From NCBI GenBank assembly GCA_022565155.1, contig JADFKB010000002.1, positions 5,955 through 69,954 of the forward strand: a stretch of DNA of 64,000 nucleotides, read 5' to 3'. How positions within the stretch are numbered: the stretch's first letter is position 1; every line of letters begins with the position of its first letter. Below the pieces are notes generated by a model, which did no database searches, was not told where the DNA came from, and was given only the letters and a program-made list of their open reading frames with translations. Of this stretch, positions 18,019 through 26,882 are shown one piece after another. The stretch comes from Chloroflexota bacterium (GTDB lineage Bacteria > Chloroflexota > Dehalococcoidia > DSTF01 > RBG-16-68-14). A program made the position numbers and the translations under genes.

Positions 18019-19000
18019 CAGCGGCCAGCTCTCCGACGAGTACCAGGGGCTGGCGGCCGCGTTCGTCCTCCGGCCAGGCGGTTGTCGCTTCGTTGGCGTC
18101 GCCGCTCCTCTGCGGGCGGTGCTTCGTGAAGTACTCGTCGCACCAGAGGCAGACGTTGCCCAGCTCACGAATACGCTTACGGGCGTATTCAAGGTCAATG
18201 CCGGTCGTGACGCCCATCGCCGCGGGGTCGCCGCGATTCAGCGCCTCCCACATCGGATCGCCGCGGTGCCGGTCGAGGATGTCGAGCAGCGGCTCTTGGG
18301 CGACGTCCCCCAATGCCTCGACCGTGCCCGGGCAGCACGGGTAGACGGAGGTGAGCTGGATCGCGGTCTCCTGTCGATCGCTGCCGTCATCCAGAAAGCC
18401 GAGCGCGCCCGACCAGAGGGCGCAGACGTTGTGTTCCGGGTCATCCTTCCATATGCCGTTGCGCAGCGCGCGGCCGCGGGCCCAGAGACCGCCCAGCCAG
18501 AGGTCCGGCGTCGCGCCCCAGAACGAGAACGTGCGCAGGGCCGGCTTCTTTGCCGAGGGATCCCCGACGTCGACCTCGAGCAGGCCGCGGCTGACGAGCA
18601 GGGTGTGTAGCCGTTCGCGCAGGCCGTCGCGGCGGGCGTGGTAGGGGTCCTGGCTGGCGATGCTGATGTGTTGAACACCTGCGTCCAGCAGGCGGTCCAA
18701 TGCATCCGCGTCCAGCAGATCACCGTTCGTTTGGAGGGCGAGGTGGGTGCCGCTGCCGTACTTCCGGCGAGCCTTACGAAGGATATGAAGCAGCATCTCG
18801 GGTTCCGTCAACGGCTCGCCGCCGCTGAGGATCAGCCGGTTGGTGTCAGGCAGATGTTCGATCACCGCGTCTGCCTCGCTTAGGGTGACCGTCGGGCCGC
18901 CCGGGCGCGAGTGGTTATAGCAGTGAGCGCAGTACTGGTTGCAGCGGTGGGTGAAGACCCAGTAGATCGATTCCATGATCACAAGCCTATGATAGATCAT
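18011..19000 (-). CDS. radical SAM protein, possibly with extra Cys-rich C-terminal cluster motifs
   Basis: CNQYCAHCY (CxxxCxxC) near the N-terminus, plus C-terminal YPCCPG and CLWCDEY. Confidence 0.8.
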   Translation of the reverse strand: MIYHRLVIMESIYWVFTHRCNQYCAHCYNHSRPGGPTVTLSEADAVIEHLPDTNRLILSGGEPLTEPEMLLHILRKARRKYGSGTHLALQTNGDLLDADALDRLLDAGVQHISIASQDPYHARRDGLRERLHTLLVSRGLLEVDVGDPSAKKPALRTFSFWGATPDLWLGGLWARGRALRNGIWKDDPEHNVCALWSGALGFLDDGSDRQETAIQLTSVYPCCPGTVEALGDVAQEPLLDILDRHRGDPMWEALNRGDPAAMGVTTGIDLEYARKRIRELGNVCLWCDEYFTKHRPQRSGDANEATTAWPEDERGRQPLVLVGELAADD

Positions 19001-19024
19001 CTCGATGTTAGGTGATCGGCAATA

Positions 19025-19699
19025 CTAGCGGACGTGTTGGTAGAAGCGGCCGAGCCAGCGCGGAGAGACCGGCAGGAAGTAGAGCAGCTGCACCGTCCAC
19101 CAGGAGGCCCAGGTGCGCCAGAAGCCGCCGTGACGCCACCGGCGCGACGAGGGTACAACGGTCTGCGCCAGCGCCGCGAGCTTGCCAACGCGTCGCATTC
19201 GAATAACCAGGTTCGCGTCTTCCATGATCTGCCAGTCCGCGAAGCCTCCCAGCCGCTCGAAGAAGTCGCGGCGGACGAAGATCGCAGAGTCGCCGTAGAC
19301 GAGGCCGCGGCCTCCGAACCGAAGCAGGTCGTAGATGACGGCGATGAAGACCTGTTGCAGCGTCCGGCCGAATCGGACGCGGAAAAAGCCGCCGATGACT
19401 TCGGGATCGCGAAGCGCGTCTTCGATTGCGGCCAGGGCGTCGGGCGGCAGCCGGACGTCGGCGTGGAGGAAGAGGAGCGTGTCGCCGGTGGCCCGCGCCG
19501 CGCCGGCGTTGAGCTGCGCCCCGCGCCCCGCGCGCGAGCGCACGATCGTCGTGTGCGGCGCGGCGAGTTCGACCGTGCCGTCGTCGCTGCCGCCGTCCGC
19601 CACGATCACCTCGGAGGGGTGGAGGCGCTGGAGCCGGCGCAGCGCGTCTTCGATGACGGACGCTTCGTTCAGCGTGGGGATGATGATCGAGCAGCGCAT
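19025..19699 (-). CDS. family 2 glycosyltransferase (TIGR04283-like)
   Basis: IIIPTLNE start, ADGGSDDGT and a DxD-like LHADV motif. Confidence 0.75.
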   Translation of the reverse strand: MRCSIIIPTLNEASVIEDALRRLQRLHPSEVIVADGGSDDGTVELAAPHTTIVRSRAGRGAQLNAGAARATGDTLLFLHADVRLPPDALAAIEDALRDPEVIGGFFRVRFGRTLQQVFIAVIYDLLRFGGRGLVYGDSAIFVRRDFFERLGGFADWQIMEDANLVIRMRRVGKLAALAQTVVPSSRRWRHGGFWRTWASWWTVQLLYFLPVSPRWLGRFYQHVR

Positions 19700-19766
19700 A
19701 GACGTTCGCCGGTTGGCCTAGCTGAGGTGATACGCGACAATGCCAGTGTACCAGGAAGGAGCGCGC

Positions 19767-20486
19767 ATGGAGACCGCTGCCCCCGCCTCGGAGCGCGGGA
19801 TCGACCCGAAGCCTTGGGGCATTCCGGCGATCGCCGCCGTGCTCGCGATTCCCGTGGCGTTGTTCGCCTCCAGCTTCCTCGTTGACGCCCCCGATGATCT
19901 CACCACAGGCGAGATCGTGGTAGGGCTCGTCAGCACCCTAGTATTCAAAGATGCGCTGTTCATCGGTCTCGTGGCCGCGTTCGCCGTGTGGCGATATCGG
20001 CTCGGCTGGCAGGGACTCGGGCTCCGGCCCTTCGATCGAAGTCTCTGGTGGCTGCCGGTCGTCGCTGCCGCTGCTGCGCTGGTCACCGTGATCGTCTATA
20101 GCGCCATTCTCGTCGGTCTCGGATTCGACCAACCCGAGCAGAGAGAGGTGCAGACGTTTTTCGAGAGCAATGCCGCGTTGCCTCTTACCGGCTTCGCGCT
20201 CGTGATCATGGCGCCGCTCTCCGAGGAGATCTTCTTCCGCGGCTTCATCTTCCCCGGCCTCATCCGGCCTCTCGGCCTCGCCGGCGGGATGGTGGCGAGC
20301 GGCATCCTCTTCGGCGCCTTCCATATCACGGGCTCGGACACCGTCGCTCTCTTGCTGCCATTCAGTGCCATCGGCGCTCTCTTCTGCTGGCTCTACTATC
20401 GCACCGGTTCGCTCTGGCCGAGCATTATCACCCACCTCCTCTTCAACTCCGTTGGCTTCGCCGTCGGCGCTATCGGAGCGCAGTAA
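19767..20486 (+). CDS. CPBP family intramembrane metalloprotease (CAAX protease/Abi-like)
   Basis: SEEIFFRGF, FGAFH and HLLFN motifs. The ATG at 19767 follows an AGGAAGGAG RBS. The stop overlaps the trpA ATG (TAATG). Confidence 0.8.
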   Translation: METAAPASERGIDPKPWGIPAIAAVLAIPVALFASSFLVDAPDDLTTGEIVVGLVSTLVFKDALFIGLVAAFAVWRYRLGWQGLGLRPFDRSLWWLPVVAAAAALVTVIVYSAILVGLGFDQPEQREVQTFFESNAALPLTGFALVIMAPLSEEIFFRGFIFPGLIRPLGLAGGMVASGILFGAFHITGSDTVALLLPFSAIGALFCWLYYRTGSLWPSIITHLLFNSVGFAVGAIGAQ

Positions 20487-21277
20487 TGAACCGGATTGAG
20501 CAGGCGTTCGACCGCGCCAAGCGCGAAGAGCGCGTGGCGCTGATCGGCTACCTGACGGCGGGCTACCCGGAGCCGGACGCGACGGTGGGTCTGGCGCAGG
20601 CGCTCGTCGCCGGCGGCGCCGACGCGATCGAGCTGGGGCTGCCGTTTTCGGACCCGCTGGCGGACGGCGTGACGATGCAGCGCGCGAACCTGAAGGCGCT
20701 GGAGCAGGGGATGACGGTCGCCCGCAGCCCGGGGCTGATCAAGGATCTGCGCGCGGCGGGGGTTGTCATTCCCCTCATCGTTATGACATACTACAATCCC
20801 ATCCTCGCCTACGGCCAGGATGGGTTTGTCCAGGATGTCGCCGCGGCGGGAGCGGACGGCTTGATCGCCGTCGATCTGCCGCCGGAAGAGGCGGAGGAGC
20901 TCTCTGGCCACTGTCACGCCGAGGGGGTGGCGTTCGTTCCCCTCTTGGCGCCGACATCGACCGATGAGCGGATCGCCCTCGTGACGCGGCGGGCCTCCGG
21001 CTTCATCTACTGCGTCAGCGTAGCTGGCGTGACCGGCGCCAGGAAGGCGCTGCCCCCGGAGCTGGGGGAGTACCTGCAGCGTGTGCGACGGCAGACATCG
21101 CTGCCGCTGGCCGTGGGCTTCGGTATCTCCCGCCGGGAGCACATCGAAGCGCTGCGCGGCCATGCGGACGCCGTCATCGTCGCCAGCGCGATCGTCGATC
21201 TCATCGAGGCGACGCCTCGTGAGGAGAGGGAACAAGCGGTTAGAGAGTATGTGGAGGTGCTCACCGGTCGTGGGTAG
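20486..21277 (+). CDS. trpA: tryptophan synthase alpha chain
   Basis: AGADAIELGLPFSDPLADG and GFGIS motifs. Confidence 0.9.
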   Translation: MNRIEQAFDRAKREERVALIGYLTAGYPEPDATVGLAQALVAGGADAIELGLPFSDPLADGVTMQRANLKALEQGMTVARSPGLIKDLRAAGVVIPLIVMTYYNPILAYGQDGFVQDVAAAGADGLIAVDLPPEEAEELSGHCHAEGVAFVPLLAPTSTDERIALVTRRASGFIYCVSVAGVTGARKALPPELGEYLQRVRRQTSLPLAVGFGISRREHIEALRGHADAVIVASAIVDLIEATPREEREQAVREYVEVLTGRG

Positions 21278-21420
21278 GTCTGAGTCTAACGGTGATGCGC
21301 AGCGACGCTGCGCGATCGTGCCGCGCGCGCTCAGCGTGCTTGCGGCCGGCGCCTATGACGCAGCCCTCCCGGCCGGCACCTTTGGCCGCTAGGCCGGAGC
21401 TGCTAGGGAGCAAGGCCGGA

Positions 21421-21822
21421 ATGGGCATGCGCTGTCGAGGTATCCGCGGGGCGACCACCGTTGACGTGAACACCCCCGAGGCGATCCTTGAGGCCACCGC
21501 CGAGCTGCTGGCGGAGATGATGCGGGCCAACGATCTGTTGATCGACGATGTGGCCAGCGCCTACTTCACCACCACTCGCGACCTGAACGCCGAATTCCCT
21601 GCCGTGGCTGCGAACAAGCTGGGCTGGACGGATGTCGCCTTGCTCTGCGGCCACGAGATGGAGGTTCCCGGCAGCCTGCCACTGTGCCTGCGCATCCTTC
21701 TCCACGTCAATACGGAGAAGGCGGCGCGGGACCTAGCGCACGTATATCTGCGGGGGGCGACAGTTCTCCGCCCAGATCGAACGTATGCGAATGACGAAGT
21801 AACGGAGGCGAAATCGCCATGA
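21421..21822 (+). CDS. aroH: chorismate mutase, AroH class
   Basis: RGIRGATTV N-terminus and TRDLNAEFPA motif typical of AroH-type chorismate mutases. Confidence 0.75.
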   Translation: MGMRCRGIRGATTVDVNTPEAILEATAELLAEMMRANDLLIDDVASAYFTTTRDLNAEFPAVAANKLGWTDVALLCGHEMEVPGSLPLCLRILLHVNTEKAARDLAHVYLRGATVLRPDRTYANDEVTEAKSP

Positions 21823-22862
21823 TGGTCATTATGACTAACGAGCACAGCGAGGAGGAGATGAACGCCATCCTCCGGAGGCTGGACGAGATCGGACTGAAAG
21901 GGCACCCCATTGTCGGTGTCGAGCGCACAGTCATCGCCGTTGTCGGCAGCATCTACCCTGAGCTGAGCGACGAGCTGGAGACGATGGATGGTGTGGAGAG
22001 CACCGTCCGGATCAGCACGCCGTACAAGTTGGCCAGCCGGCAGACCAAGCCAGAGTCGACGGTGGTGAAGGTAGGCGGCGTCGAGATCGGCTCCGGCAAG
22101 ACCGTGATGATCGCTGGGCCGTGCGCTGTCGAGAGCGAGGAGCAGATACTGGCGACAGCAAGAGCGGTGAAAGAAGCCGGCGGCCACCTTATGCGCGGAG
22201 GCGCGTTCAAGCCGCGCACGTCGCCCTACAGCTTCCGCGGGCTGGGGGAGGAGGGCCTGAAGCTGCTCGCCCTCGCTCGAGAGGAGACGGGCCTCGCGTT
22301 CGCCACGGAGGTGATGTCCGTCCGAGAGGTGGAGGTGGTGGCAAAGTACGCGGACATCCTGCAGATCGGCGCGCGCAACGCCCAGAACTTCATGCTGCTG
22401 GAGGAGGTTGGGCGCACAGGCAAGCCGGTGCTGCTCAAGCGCGGCTTGGCGTCGACGATCGACGACTGGCTGTTGGCGTCTGAGTACATCCTGAACACCG
22501 GCAACCCGAACGTGATACTCTGCGAACGCGGTATCCGCACCTTTGAGACCGCGACGCGGAATACGCTGGACATCAACGCCATCCCGCTGGTCAAGCAGTT
22601 GAGCCACCTGCCGCTGATCGCGGATCCGAGCCACGGAACGGGCAAGTGGTCGCTGGTGAAGCCGGTCGGCCTGGCGTCGATAGTGGCCGGCGCGGACGGC
22701 CTGATCGTCGAAGTGCATCCGAGCCCGGATCATGCGCTCTCTGACGGCGCGCAGTCGCTCAACTTCCAGCGCTTCCGCGAGCTGATGGAGCAGATGCGGG
22801 TGATTGGCGAGACGGTCGGCAGGCCGCTCTTGCCCGCCGCGACGGAGCCGGTCCGGACGTAA
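21819..22862 (+). CDS. 3-deoxy-7-phosphoheptulonate (DAHP) synthase, type I-beta with N-terminal regulatory domain
   Basis: KPRTSPYSF, ADILQIGARN and IADPSHG motifs. ATGA overlap with aroH. Confidence 0.9.
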   Translation: MMVIMTNEHSEEEMNAILRRLDEIGLKGHPIVGVERTVIAVVGSIYPELSDELETMDGVESTVRISTPYKLASRQTKPESTVVKVGGVEIGSGKTVMIAGPCAVESEEQILATARAVKEAGGHLMRGGAFKPRTSPYSFRGLGEEGLKLLALAREETGLAFATEVMSVREVEVVAKYADILQIGARNAQNFMLLEEVGRTGKPVLLKRGLASTIDDWLLASEYILNTGNPNVILCERGIRTFETATRNTLDINAIPLVKQLSHLPLIADPSHGTGKWSLVKPVGLASIVAGADGLIVEVHPSPDHALSDGAQSLNFQRFRELMEQMRVIGETVGRPLLPAATEPVRT

Positions 22863-22978
22863 CACTCGCTACGACGCTTATCAACGCGGGGCAGCCATCC
22901 GGCTGCCCCGCGGGCGATCATGGCTGGCGGTGCGTGCGGGTGGTGCGTCTGCTATCCTGCCCTGGAGGTGAGCGCCAG

Positions 22979-23716
22979 ATGACGTTTGAGGTCGAGCCCG
23001 CCACGGCCTTTCAGCTCCAATTGCCGGTCTTTGAAGGGCCGCTCGATCTGCTGCTCTATCTGATCGAGCGGGAGGAGTTGGATGTCACTGCTGTCTCGCT
23101 CGCCGAAGTTACGAACCAATACCTCTCCTATCTTCGCTCCGGCGACCAGGTCGATGCGACGGCGCTGGCGGAGTTCATCGCCACCGGCGCCCGGCTGCTC
23201 CTGTTGAAGTCGCGCGCACTCTTGCCGCAGCCCGACACCGATGACGAAGACGTTGAAGAGCTAGGTGAAGACCTGGTGCAGCGCCTGCGCGAGTACCGGC
23301 GATTCAAGGAAGCCGCCGGCATGCTACAGGACATCGAAGCCGAAGGCCTTCGCACCTACCCGCGCGAGGCGCCGCCGCCGGAGCTGCCGCTGCCCACAGG
23401 GCTGGATGGCGTCACGCTCGATCTGCTGGCGGAGATCGTGCGCGAGGTGTTAGAGCGCCAGCCAGTTGAGGAGCCGGAAGTCATCGTCGAGCGCGAGGAG
23501 TTGACGGTAGAAGAGATGGTGGCGGAGTTGACGCAGGCGCTGCAACGGCAATCGCAAGTCAGCTTCCGGTCGTTCATCTCCTCCTGCCGCTCCCGGCTGG
23601 AAGTGATCGTCGCCTTTATCGCCGTGCTGGAGCTGATCAAGGCGCTGCGGCTGGAGGCGGCGCAGGACGCGCCGTTCGGCGACATCAGTCTGGTCGCGTT
23701 AGCGCCGGCTGGCTAA
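22979..23716 (+). CDS. scpA: segregation and condensation protein A
   Basis: FEGPLDLLLYLI signature. The ATG at 22979 follows a GGAGGTGAG RBS. Confidence 0.8.
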   Translation: MTFEVEPATAFQLQLPVFEGPLDLLLYLIEREELDVTAVSLAEVTNQYLSYLRSGDQVDATALAEFIATGARLLLLKSRALLPQPDTDDEDVEELGEDLVQRLREYRRFKEAAGMLQDIEAEGLRTYPREAPPPELPLPTGLDGVTLDLLAEIVREVLERQPVEEPEVIVEREELTVEEMVAELTQALQRQSQVSFRSFISSCRSRLEVIVAFIAVLELIKALRLEAAQDAPFGDISLVALAPAG

Positions 23717-25308
23717 GCGGCGCGGGCGGCGCCGCCGGGACCGGCGATCATCGTGCGGTTGCGGCCGGCGGCTTTCGCCTCGTACATGGCGTGGTCGGCC
23801 TGGCCGATCAGATCGCCGGGGCCGTTCATGGAATCGTCCCACTGCGCGACGCCAATGCTGACCGTCTGGTGTAGCTGGATAGCCTCAGCAGTCTCTAACG
23901 GATGTTCGGACAGCCGTTCGCGGAACCGCTCTGCGAAGGCGGCCGCTTCTTCCCGTGTCGTCGCCGGCAGGACGAAGATCAATTCGTCACCGCCATAGCG
24001 GGCGACGGTGTCGACCTCGCGGCAGGTCTCCTTCGCGCACTGCGCGACGTAACGGAGCGCGCTATCGCCGGTCTGATGGTTGTAGCGATCGTTGATCTCT
24101 TTCAGGTTATCGAGGTCTGCCATGACGACGCTGAGCGGGTGACCAAACCTGCGTGTGTGGTTGCAGGCCGCGCTGATCGTCTCGTCAGCGTAGCGGCGGT
24201 TGGGCAGGCCGGTCAGAGCGTCGGTGCGCGCCAGGTGACGCTCCAGGTTCATCGTCTCTCGTAGCTGCTGGTTCACGCGCCGCAGCTCGTTTCTGGATTC
24301 ATCCAGCTCCTGGTACAGGTGGATACCTGTGATCGCGGCCGCTACTTGCGTGGTCAAACCTTCCAGCAGCTCGACTTCTTGACTGGAAAATTCGAGAGGC
24401 CGGTGCGATGCGACGGAGAGCACGCCCAGCACTTCGCTCTTCGCTATCAACGGAAAGATGGCGGTTGAGCGAATCAGTGTTCGCGTAAAGAAGTTGCGCC
24501 CGCGCTCGGGGATGCGCTCGTCGTTCTGAGCGTCCGCGAACAGCATGGGCTTGCCAGTGCGGATCACCTCCTCGCGCACGGGATCTTGCCGGTCGGCCCC
24601 TTCCTTCCAGCGGTCGCTCAGCGCTGTAGTGCCGGGCCGTTCGGAGCCATTGAGCGCGCGTAGTGAGACCCGTCCATCCTCATCGAGCACGTCGATAGAC
24701 ACGTAGTTGACGCCGGCGACGGTGGCAATCGTGTGGGCGATGGTGGTGAGCACGGTGTTCAGGTTGTCGCTCTCTGACAGCACGCGATGGATGTTTGCCA
24801 GTGCGCTCAACTGATTGCGCTGGCGCTCCGCTCTCGATCCGTCTAGCCAACTTTCTAGTATTAAGCCCAGCGCTGGCAGGGCGATGTTCACGAAACTGTT
24901 TTGTTGATCCGTGAGCCCGTTAGCCCACGGCCCCTGCGCGATCACCATGTCGGACGTGGTGGCCAAGGGGAGCAGGGCGGCAACGTACCGGCAAGGACGG
25001 CCAAGCGCGACGTCTTGAAGATCGGTAACCCGGCTATCGCGCAACTCGAAAGAGCAAGGTATGTGGCGAGCGGTAAGGTCGCGGTTGATCAGCCAGAAGC
25101 CGATATCGCTCACTTCGAGGCTTGGCCCGGTATTGATCGACCGAAAGCCCTCATGCCAGCCATAGACGAGATGCGCCTCTTGCGCTCCCAGGCCGTCTCG
25201 CAACAGCGACAGGCTCTGTTGGATCGCTTCTTCGGGCGGAGCTGGGCCGCTCGCGAGAGCAGACAACTCTGCCAGCTTGGCTATGCAGCTATCTGTAGAC
25301 GTGGGCAT
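23713..25308 (-). CDS. GAF-domain diguanylate cyclase (GGDEF)
   Basis: C-terminal RYGGDEF-type motif (ARYGGDELIF) and DALTGLPNRR. N-terminal GAF-like region. Confidence 0.85.
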   Translation of the reverse strand: MPTSTDSCIAKLAELSALASGPAPPEEAIQQSLSLLRDGLGAQEAHLVYGWHEGFRSINTGPSLEVSDIGFWLINRDLTARHIPCSFELRDSRVTDLQDVALGRPCRYVAALLPLATTSDMVIAQGPWANGLTDQQNSFVNIALPALGLILESWLDGSRAERQRNQLSALANIHRVLSESDNLNTVLTTIAHTIATVAGVNYVSIDVLDEDGRVSLRALNGSERPGTTALSDRWKEGADRQDPVREEVIRTGKPMLFADAQNDERIPERGRNFFTRTLIRSTAIFPLIAKSEVLGVLSVASHRPLEFSSQEVELLEGLTTQVAAAITGIHLYQELDESRNELRRVNQQLRETMNLERHLARTDALTGLPNRRYADETISAACNHTRRFGHPLSVVMADLDNLKEINDRYNHQTGDSALRYVAQCAKETCREVDTVARYGGDELIFVLPATTREEAAAFAERFRERLSEHPLETAEAIQLHQTVSIGVAQWDDSMNGPGDLIGQADHAMYEAKAAGRNRTMIAGPGGAARAA

Positions 25309-25328
25309 GACTATCTACATAGATAGTC
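25309..25328. promoter_or_regulatory. perfect 20 bp palindrome gactatctacatagatagtc abutting the GGDEF start codon
   Basis: Exact inverted repeat. A related half-site tatctgtaga lies just inside the gene. Confidence 0.4.
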
Positions 25329-25364
25329 GGCTATTTCGGGATAACCCTTAGGGGAAAGAACCTG

Positions 25365-25799
25365 TTACTGTAAGCGTCGCAGTAATAATCGCAGCAGCGC
25401 GGCGGCTGTCACTCCGGCTAGCGCGCCGCCAGCATCGAAAAGCAAGTCAGTCTCCGAGGCGACGCGGCCGTCTACGAACGCCTGGTGGAGTTCATCAGTG
25501 ACGCCGTAGAGTACGGCGAGCGCGAAGCTGATGGCCATCGCGGCCCAGGCGGCCTGCGCGGAGCGGCCCGCCAGCGGCCAGTAGAGGAAGGCAGCGAGAC
25601 CGCAGAACAATACGACGTGGGCCAGCGCGGCGCGCGACGCTCCAGCATCTACGCCGAGCGGCGACGATTGTTGCGAGAGGTAGAAGATGCCTCCCATCCA
25701 AAGAACGGCCGGAAGCCAGCGGAGCGCGCCCATGCGCTGCGGCGTTGAGTTCATCTTGACGAGTGATCTACCCCGTGTTAGCATTTCCGGCGGAACCAT
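25365..25799 (-). CDS. VanZ-like membrane protein (start uncertain)
   Basis: GGIFYLSQ and DELHQAFVDGR motifs typical of the VanZ family. Confidence 0.55.
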   Translation of the reverse strand: MVPPEMLTRGRSLVKMNSTPQRMGALRWLPAVLWMGGIFYLSQQSSPLGVDAGASRAALAHVVLFCGLAAFLYWPLAGRSAQAAWAAMAISFALAVLYGVTDELHQAFVDGRVASETDLLFDAGGALAGVTAAALLRLLLRRLQ

Positions 25800-25868
25800 A
25801 TCTCACATGCGTAATTGGGGAGGGGGATGGCCCCCTCTCTCGTCTTCTAACGGTCTGGGACGGGTAAT

Positions 25869-26882
25869 ATGTCTGGTATGAACAAACGCGAACGCGTCAT
25901 GGCCGCCCTCCGTGGCCAGGAGGTAGATGCTCCCCCCGTCGGCTTCTGGGGCCACGATTTCATGCGCGAGTGGACGGCTGAGGGGCTGGCGGCGGCGATG
26001 CTGGAGCAGGTACGCACGTACGATTACGACTACCTGAAGGTGAACCCGCGCGCCACGTACTATGCGGAGGCGTGGGGCTGTCGCTACCGCAGCGCCAACG
26101 ACCCGGCGAAGCGGCCGGAGGTCGCGCATTGGGTGCTGCGCGAGCCGGCCGATCTGGAATCGGTGCGGCCGGTCGATAGTTCGGCCGGGCCGTTCGGCGA
26201 GCAGCTGGAGGCGCTTCGTCTCATCGCCGAAGGGCTGAACGGCGAGGTGCCGTTCGTCCAGACCGTATTCTCGCCGCTCTCCGTCCTCGGCCGCATGGCG
26301 AACGATCGCGAGCTCATTCAACGTTGGATGACGGAGGCGCCAGATGCGCTGAACGCCGCGCTCGCGGCCGTCGCCGAAACGCTGGCTGCCTACGCGCGTG
26401 CCTGCCTGGAGATCGGCGCGGACGGCATCTTCTTTCCGACGACGGAGTGGGGCGCCGCCGATGCCTGTTCGGCGGAGCAGTACGAGGCGTTCGGCCGCCA
26501 GTACGATTTGCAGGTGTTGGCAGCGGCGGAAGGTGCGTCCTTTAACATCCTCCACGTCTGCCGGCCGCACAACATCATGGACGCGATCTTGGATTATCCA
26601 GCAGCCGTGGTCAACTGGGCGGTGCACGATGATGGTAACGCCACGCTCGCTGATGCGATGAAGCGTACCGGCATGGCTATGATGGGCGGCGTCAACGAGA
26701 AAGAGACGCTGATGAACGGCTCGGTTGCGGACGTGCGCGCTGAAGTTCAGGAGGCGCTGCGCCAGACCGGAGGCCGGCGATTCCTGGTCGCGCCGGGCTG
26801 CTCGATCTCGCCCCAGACGCCTCCGGAACACATCCATGCGGCCGTGGCTGCGGCCCGCGAACAGGGACCCCGCGAACAATGA
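25869..26882 (+). CDS. uroporphyrinogen decarboxylase (URO-D/MtaA) family protein
   Basis: 337 aa with URO-D family architecture (DYLKVNPRA, FFPTTEWG). Confidence 0.7.
   Translation: MSGMNKRERVMAALRGQEVDAPPVGFWGHDFMREWTAEGLAAAMLEQVRTYDYDYLKVNPRATYYAEAWGCRYRSANDPAKRPEVAHWVLREPADLESVRPVDSSAGPFGEQLEALRLIAEGLNGEVPFVQTVFSPLSVLGRMANDRELIQRWMTEAPDALNAALAAVAETLAAYARACLEIGADGIFFPTTEWGAADACSAEQYEAFGRQYDLQVLAAAEGASFNILHVCRPHNIMDAILDYPAAVVNWAVHDDGNATLADAMKRTGMAMMGGVNEKETLMNGSVADVRAEVQEALRQTGGRRFLVAPGCSISPQTPPEHIHAAVAAAREQGPREQ

Noticed and set aside
17314-18198. 294 aa version of the DUF2064 ORF extending 180 bp upstream
   Set aside because: The extension overlaps the radical SAM gene and is Ser/Thr/Ala/Arg-rich junk. 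The family-like N-terminus MTNPAVIVMARAP begins at 18018.
21561-22865. 434 aa minus-strand ORF overlapping the DAHP synthase gene
   Set aside because: Antisense shadow ORF typical of high-GC DNA. Its translation is Arg/Ala/Leu-rich with no motifs, and the plus-strand gene has clear DAHP synthase signatures.
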